In this document: positions 1 through 13,740 of the stretch, piece after piece
Position numbering within the stretch: position 1 is the stretch's first letter
How the letters are laid out: each line of letters starts with the position of its first letter
NCBI RefSeq assembly: GCF_006345805.1
Contig: NC_042998.1
Span: 118,792,001-118,856,000 of the forward strand
DNA: 64,000 nucleotides
DNA from: Octopus sinensis
Lineage: Eukaryota
Direction of reading: 5' to 3'
Notes under the pieces: model-generated
Seen by the model: only the letters and a program-made list of their open reading frames with translations
The model's database searches: none
What the model was told of the DNA's origin: nothing
Made by a program: the position numbers and the translations under genes

Positions 1-1440
1 TCCCCCATTGATACGGTGAATGCTTTCAGTGCTGATATCAGAATGGAGTCCGGACTGAGAAAGTGTGGAGTGTTAGTCTTGAATAGAGACAAGATCAAAT
101 GAATGGACAGGCTATCGATATCGTCGTGGTAGGTTATATAGCAGATAGAAGAGACGGGCTATAAGTAATTGGGACTTTTGGAAATGGATAAATTGATGGA
201 GAAAGAAATGACAGAAAAATTTAAGGTGGAGTACTTACGCAGACTGTGACTGATCGAAAAGTCGAAAAGTAACAGACAGAATAAGATTGAAGCTATCAAC
301 ACCTGGGCGGTTTCACTCCTTAGGTATGGAGCAGGGGTAATTGCATGGACAGTAGACGAACTAAACAACTTAGACAGAAAGTTGCTAACTAGATATGTGA
401 CACAGACAGACTGTAAGTAGCAAGAAAAAGAGGGGGAAGAGGACTTACTGGATGTGAACACAGCATTAGAGCAGAAGAAAATAACTTAGCCCGATATGTA
501 AAAATGCCACAGAACCGCTATTATTAGAAGTAAGGTCATAGCTGTGTTGGATGAAAGATTGCAAAGATAAAGCTCTGTACAAGCAATTGAAAACGAATAA
601 AACTGAAAATAGGTGGGTAAAGAAAAGAATGGACAATTTCATAGAGATGTTGAAGATAAGAGAGACAGAGAAAGAAGATGGGTGAGGATGAATAAAAGTG
701 TTTTAAAACCGGAAATGGAGGCTCTAATCTCTGCTGCCTAAGAGCAAGCATCAAGAACAAACTACATAAAATACAGAATAGACGACATATCAGAAAGTTG
801 TAAGTGCAGAATCTGTGGACAAAATAGTGAAACCGTATAGTATATTACCACCTAACGTACGCCACTAGCCCAGAAGGAATATAAGAGACGCTACGACAAT
901 ATAGCCAGGTTGGAGCATTGGACACTTTGCAACAAGTATGGACTTGACAGAGTAAAAAATTGGTACGACCACAAACCCGCAGGAATCTTCGAAAATAATA
1001 ATGCAAAATCCTGTAGGATTTATTGATTCAGTGAGAAAATGAGATAGAGAATAGGAAGTCTTCATTGTGAAAGAAAGCAAACTATGCTGGATCATAGATA
1101 TAGCATGCCCCGCTGACAACAAGGTATCCGATAAAGTAGAAAGAAATGTCGAGAGATATGACTGATTAGGTTGGGAGGTTAAGCAGTTGTGGTCGATGAA
1201 AAAGGTGGTAGTGGTACCAATAAGTGTCGGAACCCAGGGAACAGTTAATAAAAAATCTCGAGAAGTACATGGAATAAATAGGGTCTGCAATAAGGGTGGA
1301 ACACTTGCAAAAAACAGCACTGCTTGGAACCGCTCGAATACTCTGCAAGGTACTCGAAAAATAAGAGGTGTTACCTTAGATCACTGGTAGTGAACAGCTG
1401 ACACTGTAGTACATCTCCAGCGTTAGAAGCTGTCAAAGGC
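1..1440 (+). mobile_element. Degenerate R4/Dong-clade non-LTR retrotransposon (older family), RT C-terminus to 3' end
   Basis: Hand translation gives AINTWAVSLLRYGAGVIAWTVDELNNLDRK (RT thumb), CKCRICGQNSETV (CCHC knuckle) and WIIDIACPADNKV...VVVVPISVG (RLE endonuclease), with many stops and frameshifts. Ends in an (AAT)n tail at 1441. Confidence 0.85.
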
Positions 1441-2023
<583 letters not shown>

Positions 2024-2070
2024 AATAATAATAATAATAATAATAATGATAATAATAATAATTATAATAA

Positions 2071-3640
2071 TTGCTTTCTCGTTTTCTGTGACCTTTTCTG
2101 GTGTGTGCCTATACCATCTTTTTTCTGTTGTTATTCCATAATGTTGGCATAGCTTCCAATGTATGTAGGTTCCAACTCTGTCATGTCTGTGAATATATTC
2201 CTTCTTAGCCAGGACTGGGCAGCTAGAGATAATATGATTTATTGTTTCTTGTCCATCTACATATTCTGCAGTTACTTGTTATATTTTCTTTCATTACATG
2301 TTTTTGGTAATTTCTGGTGGGGAGGCTTTGGTCTTGTGCTGCAATTAAAAATCCCTCTGTTTCTGCTTTGAGCCCTGATCTTCTCAACCATTGCTGGGAT
2401 TTTTCTTTGTCTATTTCTTTTGCGTTTAGTTTAGTCCAGTATTTACCATGAAGGGGCTTTTCTTGCCATCGTTTTATCATGGTTCGTTGCTGTTCTATTT
2501 TTAGTTTGGATTTCATTTGTTTTATAGCTTTTGTTGTTTCTTCATCTTCTTCTTCTGCTTCATATTTATTAGGTGGTATGATTTCTTGTTTGTATTTGTC
2601 AGCTTCCTTAAATGCTGAGAACAGTTTTCTGTTTTGCTCGTGTTTTGCCGCTATTTGGTTCAGTTTTCCTTCCTTCTGAAATAGATATTTTTGCAATCCT
2701 ATGGTGGTTATTTTATAGTAGTTTTCCAGTTGTTTAAGGCTTCTACCACCTTCTATACGTTGTATATATAGTCTTTCTATGTCAGATTTTGGGTGATGCA
2801 TCCTAGATCCTGTCATTATTTTTCTTGTTTTCCTATCTATTTTGGTCAGTTCATTTAGTGTCCAGTTAAGGATATTGTAGCTGTAACTTATAACTGCGAC
2901 AGCGAAAGTGTTAATACCTATTATCTTGTTTTTAGCATTGAGCTCTGTTTTTAGTATTGATCTAACTCGTCTATAATATTATTTTTTTTATTTTCTCTTT
3001 CATTTGTGTGTGTTGTGTCTTATCTAGTTCATGGATTCCTAAGTATTTGTAAGTTTGGCTTTGTTCTAATTCTTTTATTTCATTGGCTTTATCTAGTGTG
3101 ATGTTGCTACTCTTAACTAGTTTTCCTCTTTTCATGGTTATTTTGGCGCATTTTTCTAATCCAAATTTCATATCTATTTCTTTGGTAAATCCATGAACTG
3201 TCTTTAATAGTGTTTCCAGCTGCTTGTCATTTGCAGCGTATAGTTTTAGGTCATCCATATATAAAAGGTGGCTGATCGTTTTGCCGTAACATTTATATCC
3301 GCATCCAGTTCTATTTAGCATATCAGATAGCGGTGACAGGGTCAAGCAGAAAAGGAGTGGAGAGAGCGTGTCTCCCTGGAATATTCCTCTTCTAATGAGG
3401 ATGTCTTTGGTTTTCATGAGTCTCTCTTTTGTTTGGAGCTGTAGCACTGTTTGCCATTTATTCATAGAGTGCCCTATGAATTTTATGATTGTTGGTGCTA
3501 CTTTGTTAATGGCTAGTGTTTCGAGGATCCATGTGTGGGGGATGCTATCAAACGCCTTTTTGTAGTTGATCCAGGCCATACTGAGGCCTTTCTTCTTTCT
3601 GTGGCTGTCTTCAGTTATGGCTTTATTAATCATTAGTTGA

Positions 3641-3642
<2 letters not shown>
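2071..3642 (-). mobile_element. R4/Dong element (younger family), 5'-truncated RT and zinc-knuckle part
   Basis: ORF 2971-3633 has YKKAFDS, GIFQGDTLSPLLF, YMDDLKLY, KFGLEKC and YKYLG. ORF 2223-2816 has HHPKSDIERLY, GLKAETEGFLIAAQDQ and CRIC. Frameshifted. Confidence 0.93.
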
Positions 3643-3698
<56 letters not shown>

Positions 3699-3720
3699 GT
3701 TGTTGTTGTTGTTGTTGTTA
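3641..3720 (+). repeat. (TTA)n(TTG)n microsatellite
   Basis: Direct reading. Confidence 0.95.
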
Positions 3721-3758
3721 TTATCTTTCTACTATAGGCAGAAGGCTTGAAATTTTGT

Positions 3759-3900
3759 GGAAGAAGAAGAAGGAGAAGAAGAAGGAGAAGAAGAAGAAGA
3801 AGAAGAAGAAGAAGAAGAAGAAGGAGAAGAAGAAGGAGAATGAGAAGGAGAAGGAGAAGGAGGAGAAGAAGAAGGAGAAGAGGAAGAAGAAGAAGGAGAA

Positions 3901-3934
<34 letters not shown>

Positions 3935-4244
3935 GAGAAGAAGAAGGAGAAGGAGAAGGAGAAGGAGAAGGAGGAGAAGAAGAAGGAGAAGAGGAAGAAG
4001 AAGAAGGAGAAGAGGAAGAAGAAGAAGAGGAAGGAGAAGAAGAAGAAGAAGAAAGAAGAAGAAGAAGGAGGAGAAGAAGGAGAAGGAGAAGGAGAAGGAG
4101 GAGGAGAAGAAGAAGAAGAAGAAGAAGAAGAAGAAGAAGGAGAATGAGAATGAGATGGAGAAGGAGGAGAAGAAGAAGAAGAAGAAGAAGAAGAAGAAGA
4201 AGAAGAAGAAGAAGAGAAGAAGAAGAAGAAGAAGAAGAAGAAGA
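3759..4244 (+). repeat. (GAA/GGA/GAG)n polypurine tract with higher-order duplications
   Basis: About 485 bp of almost pure purine, with blocks such as GAAGGAGAAGGAGAAGGAGGAGAAGAAGAAGGAGAAGAGGAAG recurring. Confidence 0.95.
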
Positions 4245-5029
4245 TCGTATATCATATAACGCATGTAGACTGCTATAATAAATATCATAATAATACAATA
4301 ATTACAAGGAAAATCGATTAGATTGCCGTCAATAATGACCAGCAACGTTCACTTTTCTGAAAGATATACGAAAAGAAAATGTTTCCCGAATTTAACCGTG
4401 CAAGTCTGAATACAACAGCAGCAACTATCACACAGTTACAAATATCCGGTATGGTTACTACTTCAGTGGGTGTTTTCTATTCTCTGTCTCCATTTCTCTT
4501 CAAATTGCAACCCTTGAAAATCTCACTGAAAAACGTGACTAGAACGTAAGAAGTTTGTCACAATAGTTTTTTCTCACCTGATCTTGATATTGAAGTCTTA
4601 GTTCTACATACATAGATACATACATACATACTTACATACATACATGTGTGTATTAAATACACACAGCATACAAATATATGTATATAGTGTGTTGTGTGTA
4701 CATATATATATACATATATATATATATAATCACATTATATATAATCATATATATATGTGTATGTATAGGCTTATATATATATGCGTATATATGCCTATAA
4801 ATATATTATACGTGTATGTATGTGTGCGTATGCATATGTCTATATATATGTGTGCGAGTATAAAGAGGGGAGTGGTGATAGAGTGTGCGATTTACATGGT
4901 TTAAAAAAGATATGCGATGTAAAGTACACTAGAATAGCAGATAAAAACGAAGGAAGAGGAGGGGGAGAAATCGATAAGCAGACATTCGATAAAGTTCTTA
5001 TCGTACAAGCCAAGCTTTATCAATCTCAC

Positions 5030-5062
<33 letters not shown>

Positions 5063-5782
5063 ATAGGAAGTAAATGGACACACTAGAACTAAGTACATCT
5101 TAGTCAAATTTAGAGTAGTTTAAAAAGAAGCAGGAGAAAAAAATCAAATACTTCTGGTTGAATGTTAATGTTTTGAATGAAACTACATCTTAAATGTAAT
5201 CTTTGAAATGACGGTTACTTGCTTTTACATAGCTGAGTAAGAAACTATTAAATGTAACGACTAAACAAATATTGGCAACTTAAATCCTACTAGCGAAATA
5301 AAAAGTATATAAGCAGGATAATTTAGAGCAATATGGTTTGTTTTATTTATGAATTTTTTTCTGAAGTTTATCTCCAGCGAACATTTATTTTCTTCACATA
5401 ATTTGCGGTATATAATGGACACACGCAAACACATATGGATGTAGATGTCAATAATCGCACAGAACCGCGCACATCCGGTCGTAGACACTCGCATGCATTC
5501 ACACATACAAGCATAAGACTGTGTACATAAGTCTATATACATATCTGTATGTCTATATCTGCGTCTCTCTCTATATGTGTGAGTGTGTGTGCATATATTT
5601 ATATATATGTGTGTTATTTGAGGAGTTATGTTACACACGTTTATATATTTTTGCCGACGTACGTTTCCCTGTCGTGGTTGTTAGGAACTAAAACACGTGA
5701 TCTTCCGAGTGTAGTTGGATGCTTACCTCAACTGATCATCAGAGGAACACTTTATTTCTTTATGCTACAGGGATCATGTATG

Positions 5783-5937
<155 letters not shown>

Positions 5938-6280
5938 GAGAACTTTTTCCTTACTTCCTGGTGTATTGGAATTCCGGAAAATCTTCAAAGGCGTAATTGT
6001 CTTCCTTGTGATTAGGTTTTTAAAAGAGAGATTATATTAATATACGTGCAAAATATTTCCATTTTCTCTCTAATAATCTCACATATGGCAACACTCGAAC
6101 ACAAAGTATACTTGATCTCTGCACAAAGCAATGACACCTGCATCAACTTCTTTCTTTTTATTACTTTTGTATTTTGTTTATGTATGTATATCCCATGATT
6201 CTCTGAGATAGAGATGTTTTTATAAGATCCAATGGTATCGACCATGCCTTATTTTTATTTTTTATTTTTTTAATTCGTGC

Positions 6281-6356
6281 GCTAATTGCAATCATCCACA
6301 CGCTAATTACAATCAACCAAATACTAATTGTAATCGACCCAGTACTAATTGCAATC
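6281..6356 (+). repeat. 21-bp period minisatellite x4, core CTAATTRYAATC
   Basis: Units start at 6281, 6302, 6323 and 6344. Confidence 0.85.
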
Positions 6357-6631
6357 TGTAATTCTGGAGATTATTTTCTATCCCATTTATTCTTATCAAA
6401 CTCCAATCTACAAATCTAAGTCACAATAACAGTGTTCTTATGCAGGATTATATATCCACAATGAAAACAATTTCGTACTGTAAGAGGAATGTCTATATCT
6501 ATTAGAGAGCAGTTGGCTGATTTATGGTGTATAATATGTTGCATTATAAATTCACTATGTGGGTGACGCAAAAACACGCGCTTTTCTTTGTACACTCTTG
6601 TATATGCGTTTTCATTCATATACACTGCAAT

Positions 6632-6681
6632 ATAATTTATACATGTATGTGTATAAATTATATCATACTTGTATATGTGTA

Positions 6682-6723
<42 letters not shown>

Positions 6724-6763
6724 CAAGTATGATATAATTTATACACATACATGTATAAATTAT
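6632..6763. repeat. Palindrome with perfect 47-bp arms centred on (TA)n
   Basis: 6632-6678 is the exact reverse complement of 6717-6763. Confidence 0.95.
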
Positions 6764-8289
6764 GCACGCATGTGTGTGTATGCATGTGTGTGCCTATGAA
6801 ACTAATTTGCATGGAGTCGAATAAAATTGTTATTAAATAACATTTGTATGTATATGTGAGAGTATATGTATTGCTCCAGGTCGTTAGGCATACCTGCACA
6901 AGTTATACCTCTTATATATGTTGTAAATTTAGGTGTGCATATGTGTGCTATCCTACGATAAGATTTCACATGTATTACATGTGTGTTAAAGAACTGTGGT
7001 TCACTGAGGTTAAGCACAGGGTAAAGAAAAACTTTCAAAATTCCGTTAAAAATCAAATGATCGAAATTTTAGGGCAATATATTTTATAATGAATCTGATC
7101 TTTAAAAATAGCTGACGAAATCCACTGAGAATTTGAACTTTTAAATATCTTATCCAGCAATATATTCTACTTCGTTGACAAGACTACAATTTAAAGGGAA
7201 AGAGCATGTATACCTAACTTTGTACACTAACAAAAACGACAGCAATAATTTACACTTACTTCTTACTTAACGTGAAGTCCAACATATGAATGAATGCATT
7301 AGCGTTTATACAGAAACACTCCGTCATAAACCACAAATATTTAATTGTCATAACATTTAACATTTAAAAAGTGATAGCACTTACACATTTATAAAATTCA
7401 TCGGCCTTTTTTTATTTTTTGTATATCTTGAAACGCGGAAGCAATAGTATACGAAGCTTAAATTATGTCTACCAGATTATAGAATGGAACAAATAACAGA
7501 TAGTGATATTCAAGTAAAAATATTGCAATCTTAATTACTTTTTCAAAAACATTGCTAAAAAATTAGAAAATGACATCGACTAATTAAAGAAATACGCTAG
7601 ATTTCAGAACATCGAATAACATATAAGAAACAGGAAGTACTCGGTCCGTGACTGTGCTGCCTCTTACTGCCTCCTCGTATAGGTAACACACACACATGTA
7701 TTGGAATTACTTCAAAGCAAAATCCGAAATATCTCAGAAATGTCGGGATTCGACGACACATGATTGGGAATTTCTATATTCCACATCCAAATAGAAATCA
7801 AGAACGCATTCATATTACCAAACTTTTAAATTTTCAAATAAAACAACGATATTATTTTAATCTTACATTCATATTATTTTATATTTATATATTTTTCCCA
7901 ATATAACATTTCTCTTTATATATATTATAAAAATTTGAACTTCTAGAGACGCGTAATTGTGCGTGTATTTGTGTCAGTGTGTGTTTATTGGTATCTACGT
8001 GGATTTTGCAAACAAAATATATAACCGCCCAACTCACTGTTATAACAGAACATCGTTAATTATTAACTTAGATACTGGTAAATAATTTTATATTCATATT
8101 TTATATATTTTCATCAAACCGAATTTTTATCTATTTCCATCTTGCAATCTTGCAGAACATACATCTATATTCTTGTGTCTTCACAGAAATGCTTGTCTAC
8201 ATATAATGTGAGCATACATATTTAAATATGTATATGACAGTCAATGAGCATGTATGTATTTGTGGGAGTACGTATCTGCATAGAATGTA

Positions 8290-9813
8290 GGACAAAATTC
8301 CCCTAAGACAAAACACATTAAGTCAAAACCTCCTGGGAAAAAACCTCCCTCGGGCAAAACACCCCCGCACAAAACCTCCTTAGTTAAAGTGCAAAAAAAG
8401 ACAAAATTCCCTCAGTTATATTTCTGGCAGAGGTGTGCAATAAATACCGCACCTCTTTCCGGTTTTTCCCCTTTCTACTTATTTCAGTCATTAGAATGCA
8501 GCCTGCTGGGGCACCGTTTTGAAAAATTATTAGTCGAATGTATTTCACCCCAGAATTTCTTTTAAGCCTTAAAAGAAATTTTTTGTTCTTTTTCAGATTC
8601 CGACGTTTTCGGCAACAGAGATCCCATACAGGGCCGGATTATGGGTGAGTAGACGGGGCATTGCCCTGGGAATCTAGAATTGGTGGGGGCCTGCTAGGAA
8701 GGATATGTAGCTTCCAATACATGAGGCTACCACCACTAGTCAATCGAAAATATATAAGTAGAATGAAATAACAGAACGCAAGAGACTTTACTACTCAATG
8801 TACATATTTTCGGAATTTTAACTTGAAAAAAGGAAAGGTATTTACTTCAAGAAATGTGTTTTACAATTCAAAAATATTCATCGTCATCGTCATCTTCATC
8901 AGCACCTGCTTTTCGGCCAGAGCGGCGCCTAGCCGAAAGATAACTCCACTCTCGCGCGTGACAAGCCATGCTTTCAACTCTTCCATGACCGGAGAATGAT
9001 CGAATGGTCAAGTCCTCTAAGTTCAAAGATGAGAAAAAACAAGACTGAATTTGTTTGACAATTAAATGTGGATTCGGTTCTGAATCCTAGCTTCAGCTAT
9101 TCTGTAACTGGAAATCTTCTCAATGAATTTGATTTTGTTTTTTCTCGTTGCTTTTGTTTTGTTTTTTTGTTTTTGTTTTGTTTTTCGCGAAAAATAACAA
9201 TATATTTTTTGTAGCGAATTTTTAAAAATGGAAGTTTGCGATATACTCTTGAAGTTTATCAAATAAATTACAATTCTCCTATCTCCTGCGCCATATAAAC
9301 TCACAAAGTTCAAACAGGAAAAGATTTAACGAGTGCCTTTTAAGTGAACGAGTTTAAAAACATTAGGAATATAAGTGTGGATGTGGGTAGGTCGGGAGGA
9401 GGTATTTTTAATTTTAGTAAAAGGTCTTTTTCATATTTATAATCTCTATATCTACTTGGAACCCCCAATAAATTTTCGTCAAAAATGTGAAAAATGAAAA
9501 ATTGGTTAGGGTGGGATTTAAGTTTTTAAAATGCCGATTTTTGTCGTTAAAAAAAAAAGCCTGATAAAATAAGTACCAAGCTTTAAAAAATTCTGAGGGT
9601 CGATACATTCGACTAAAAGTTCTTCCAAGCGGTGCTCCAGCATGGCCACAGTTTAATGACTGAAATAAGTAAAAAGGGAAAAGAAAAAATGAAATATATA
9701 ACTCAGGAGGTTTTGTCCTCTTTCACACTTGACCTACGGGTGTTTTGTCCGAGTGGGGTTTTGTCCGAGGGGCTTTTGTCCTAGGAAGGTTTTGTCCTAG
9801 GGGAATTTTGTCC
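8290..9813. mobile_element. Fold-back/MITE-like element with about 240-280-bp inverted arms (GGACAAAA subrepeats plus SINE tail)
   Basis: 8290-8570 aligns by eye to the reverse complement of 9578-9813. Confidence 0.75.
8629..8700 (+). mobile_element. Orphan hAT-like terminus
   Basis: CAGGGCCGGATTA...GGGGCATTGCCCTGGG resembles non-autonomous hAT left ends. No partner TIR found. Confidence 0.4.
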
Positions 9814-10056
9814 GGATCTCGTAAGTACGAATACGGTTACAAAGTATATATATGTGACGGGAGGGGGGAGAGAAAGTGGTGGATTGCTAAAATCTATACA
9901 GGGTCAAACAGATAAAAGCGAAGTATTTGTTCAAGGTCTGCTCTGAGTTCAACTTCTGCCCAAATCAAATTTGCCTTCATCAATCCAGGGCTGCTAAATA
10001 AATTATCACCACTTAAGTATTGGGATTGCTTTAATCTAATAACCTCTTCCTAGTAA

Positions 10057-10130
<74 letters not shown>

Positions 10131-10132
<2 letters not shown>

Positions 10133-10306
10133 CTTTACAAGGGGCTAAACATAGAGGGGACAAACAAAGACAGACAAAGGGATTAAGTCCGAAAGGATGA
10201 AAGGCACAGTCGACCTCGGCGGAATTTGAACTCACAACGTAACGACAGACGAAATACCGCTAAGCATTTCGCCCGGCGCGCTAACGTTTCTGCCAGCTCG
10301 CCGCCA
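10131..10306 (-). mobile_element. tRNA-headed SINE, family B (GGCGGCGAGCTGGCAG... head)
   Basis: B-box-like GAGTTCAAATTCC; homologous to 28128-28342 and 44651-44860. Other fragments near 9940-10045, 32965-33075, 35750-35840 and 27300-27380. Confidence 0.85.
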
Positions 10307-10415
10307 AATATATATATATATGACTTGGTCACTCCATTCTGTATGCATATGTATGTGTGTATGTATGTATGTATGTATGTATGTATGTATGTATATATGT
10401 ATGTATTTATGTATG

Positions 10416-10517
<102 letters not shown>

Positions 10518-11111
10518 CGTACATACATACGTACATACATACACACATACATATGCATACAGGATGGAGTGAGCAAGTCATTTTCATACATCAATTTAAT
10601 CTGAATTCGACCTCATCAGTTTTGCCATACTATGCAATAATATATACATCTAACGCGTATTCTCCAACTGCCATTCAAACGAAACAGATCGAATTGGAAC
10701 CATGAGAATTACGAATAAAAAATATAGCACTTGAATTATTGGAAATATATACATATACCGAATTAGATGAGGTTACGGAATCGCAATTGCATGTTGCAAG
10801 CATCTGAGAATTAACTGTTCAAGGAAGAAAAAAGTAAAGAAAAACAGAAATTTTTTTCTGACGCTGTAATATATTACTGGCTGGTTAACATTTTCTGTAT
10901 CAGCAAAAGGTTTTTAGAACTGTGCTCTTCATTAATATTTTATGGTTCTTAGAGTATACCTACCTATTCCATCAGCCATTTAGATAAGAAAACTTAGACA
11001 TACTTCTATTATTTCATCACTTCCAAAAGTTTGTTGTCTGCCAAATTATAGCCGTCAGCCAGATTTTGTCTGTCTAGGGGTCAAGTGTCAGTTATCTCAA
11101 TAACCAATTGT

Positions 11112-11142
<31 letters not shown>

Positions 11143-11313
11143 GCACACACATACACACGCAACACAGACACACGCAATATATATTATATACATATATGTA
11201 TACATATATACATATATATATAGACATACATACATATGCATACATACATGAGTACATACAGGCATGCATATATCCATATATACATACAAATATAAATATA
11301 GATATAAATATAT

Positions 11314-11460
11314 AGTGATTGTGTGGTAAGATGCTTGCTTCCCAAACGTGGCTCCGGGTTCAGTCCCATTGCGTGGTACCTTGGGCAACTAGCATAGCCT
11401 CGGGACGACCAAAGCCTTGTAAGTGGAATTGATAGACGGAAACTGAAAGAAGCCTGTCCC
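11314..11460 (+). mobile_element. tRNA-headed SINE, family A, head part
   Basis: GTGTGGTAAG (A-box region), GGTTCAGTCCC (B-box), ...GACGGAAACTGAAAGAAGCC. Confidence 0.85.
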
Positions 11461-12292
11461 ATACGTATGTGTGTGTGTATGTGTATGTATGTGTGTGTGA
11501 ATATATATATGTAGGCATACACACACATTGCGTATTTTCAAATAGTCTGTACGAGAGTAGACTTCAGGGAAAATAAAATGTCGACATGAAAATAATACAC
11601 ACGCGCGACCCCACAGTGACACAGAGGCACTTACTCAATCACGTACATACGCACGCACGCGCACACACACCCGCATATATTTATATAGTTTCTGTTTAGT
11701 TAAAAACATCTTTGGGTGTGTGGTTCTGAGAGGGTTGGTAAATTGGCTTTTATTTTGGTTGTTACGAGGTGTTTTGAAAATATATTTATTGAATAAATTG
11801 TTAGTGTTTCGAATTTATTCAAGCATGTAGAACTTTCTGAACAAGCCTGTAGGTATTCCTCATTTGTTAGGTAGGCCCAAAGTATAAAACTATTCTTGTT
11901 GCTTTGGGTATTATTTGATTTAATCACTTTGCTTTGATAACGGTAGAAAATCCAGTATTGAAGCATTTAGTAATTGGGTGTGTCAACTTTTTGTCACAAA
12001 TGGTAAGTTTTAGCTAGTCATTTCTTTACTAGTAGCTATTTAGGGAATTTCTTGATTTCATTCATAAGGCTGGAGTTATTTGTCAAGCGTGTCATGACTT
12101 TGTTAGCATAGAAAGTTGTTTTCTCTTGTGCTTTCATGCTCACCAAAGTACTTAAGCCAAGGTTGTATGTTTATGTATCATTCTAGGTATTCAATGTTCT
12201 ATAAGCAATTTGTACTCTGCAAAAGTATAGAGTAACCCATCAAATTAATGTAAAATTGTTTTTATTATAAGTGGACATAAAAACAAACATTA

Positions 12293-12323
<31 letters not shown>

Positions 12324-12477
12324 ATATATATATAAACATATATATATAAACATATATACATATATATATCTATATATTGCACACTCAAATATACTTGTAT
12401 GTATATGTATATATATATAATATATAGATAGATAGATAGATAGATAGATATAGACATAAATATATATATATATAAAC

Positions 12478-12512
<35 letters not shown>

Positions 12513-13047
12513 TTATGTATGTATGTATGTATGTATGTATGTATGTATGTATATGCGAGCATGTTTAGTTAGTGTGCATATTTAAGTGAGTTATTTATTG
12601 AAATACCGATATTTACAGACATACATCAATGCCATTAATACCATATAAGTTTACTTGAATGAAATATCTTTGCAATTATAACTAATTTTCCTATCATTAT
12701 TACTTTACAATTTCAGTGCACTTACACTGAATACCAGGAATAGAATTAATATGAAAATATATATTTTATTTTACTTTTTCAGCCGATATTATTTTCCGTT
12801 ATACGCGTTGTTACTCTTTTGATTTCAAATTACATAATTCGTTGGTGCTCTTGTTTTCCTTTGCATAAATAAATAGACAAATTAATGGGATTTGAATATA
12901 TCATATATTATTTTATATAAACGCTTCAAGACATAAATTTTAAGTTTGTATTGGTCACGTTTATTTATATGTATATATTTACATAAATGCATACACATAT
13001 ATGAGTATGTAGATAGACAAATATAGGGGTTTGTAGATTTAGATATA

Positions 13048-13740
13048 TAAAGAGTGTCACAAAAAATGCATACACACTTTAACGGCTGATATCTTTCCTA
13101 AGTTTTATTTCGTTCTAGATTTAACCCATTAGAGATAATTGAAGGAGCCACATTAAGCGTTGCAAAAAGAAAATGTATCCTTAAGAATAGCTGGAAGTTA
13201 GAATACGTAGCCGAAGTCCAAACACACTTTAGGAGGGAGTTTAAAGAAGAACCCACCTACTAATCAAGTAGTTGGAACTATTCAGAATGTTCACAACAAA
13301 AAACGTTCTAGAGGGCAGTGGATGTCCAGAAGACCCACAAAGCCAGAAATGCTTCTAGAAATGTATAGCGAGAGTTCACGAAAATTCGTGTGGTAAATGT
13401 TTCACAGGATAGAAATTTCAAATTCAAGCGTTCATCGCACTTTGAAGCGCTGTCATAGGAAAATAACAATCCGAGAATAGTCCATGCTCTCAATGAAGGT
13501 GATCCGGATCGAAGACTGGGGTTTTGTGAATAGCACTTAGAAAGATGTGTAGATGTTCACTTTCTAACAAAGATCGTATGGGCTAGTGAAGCTACATTTA
13601 AATTAAATGGCTCAATTAACCTTCACAATTGCTCCTTACAGGGGAATCAGAGAATCATCATATTACGGAGAAACATCGTGATAGTTTACCAAGAGTGAGT
13701 GTATAGTGCAGCTCTCAAAAGGATTAATAGAAACATTCTT
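13048..13740 (+). mobile_element. Tc1/mariner remnant (DUF4817-type transposase), 5' TIR and degenerate transposase
   Basis: TIR-like GAGTGTCACAAAAAATGCATACACACTTT. Translation KCILKNSWKLEYVAEVQTHFRREF and HALNEGDPDRRLGFCE...[21 protein letters not shown]. Confidence 0.8.

Noticed and set aside
3626-4345. Long poly-L/S/R/K/E ORFs
   Set aside because: Translations of GAA/TTA microsatellites with no coding complexity.
6281-6356. CRISPR-like reading of the repeat-spacer array
   Set aside because: Repeats are only 12 bp, the spacers are mutually similar, and the context is eukaryotic with no cas genes.
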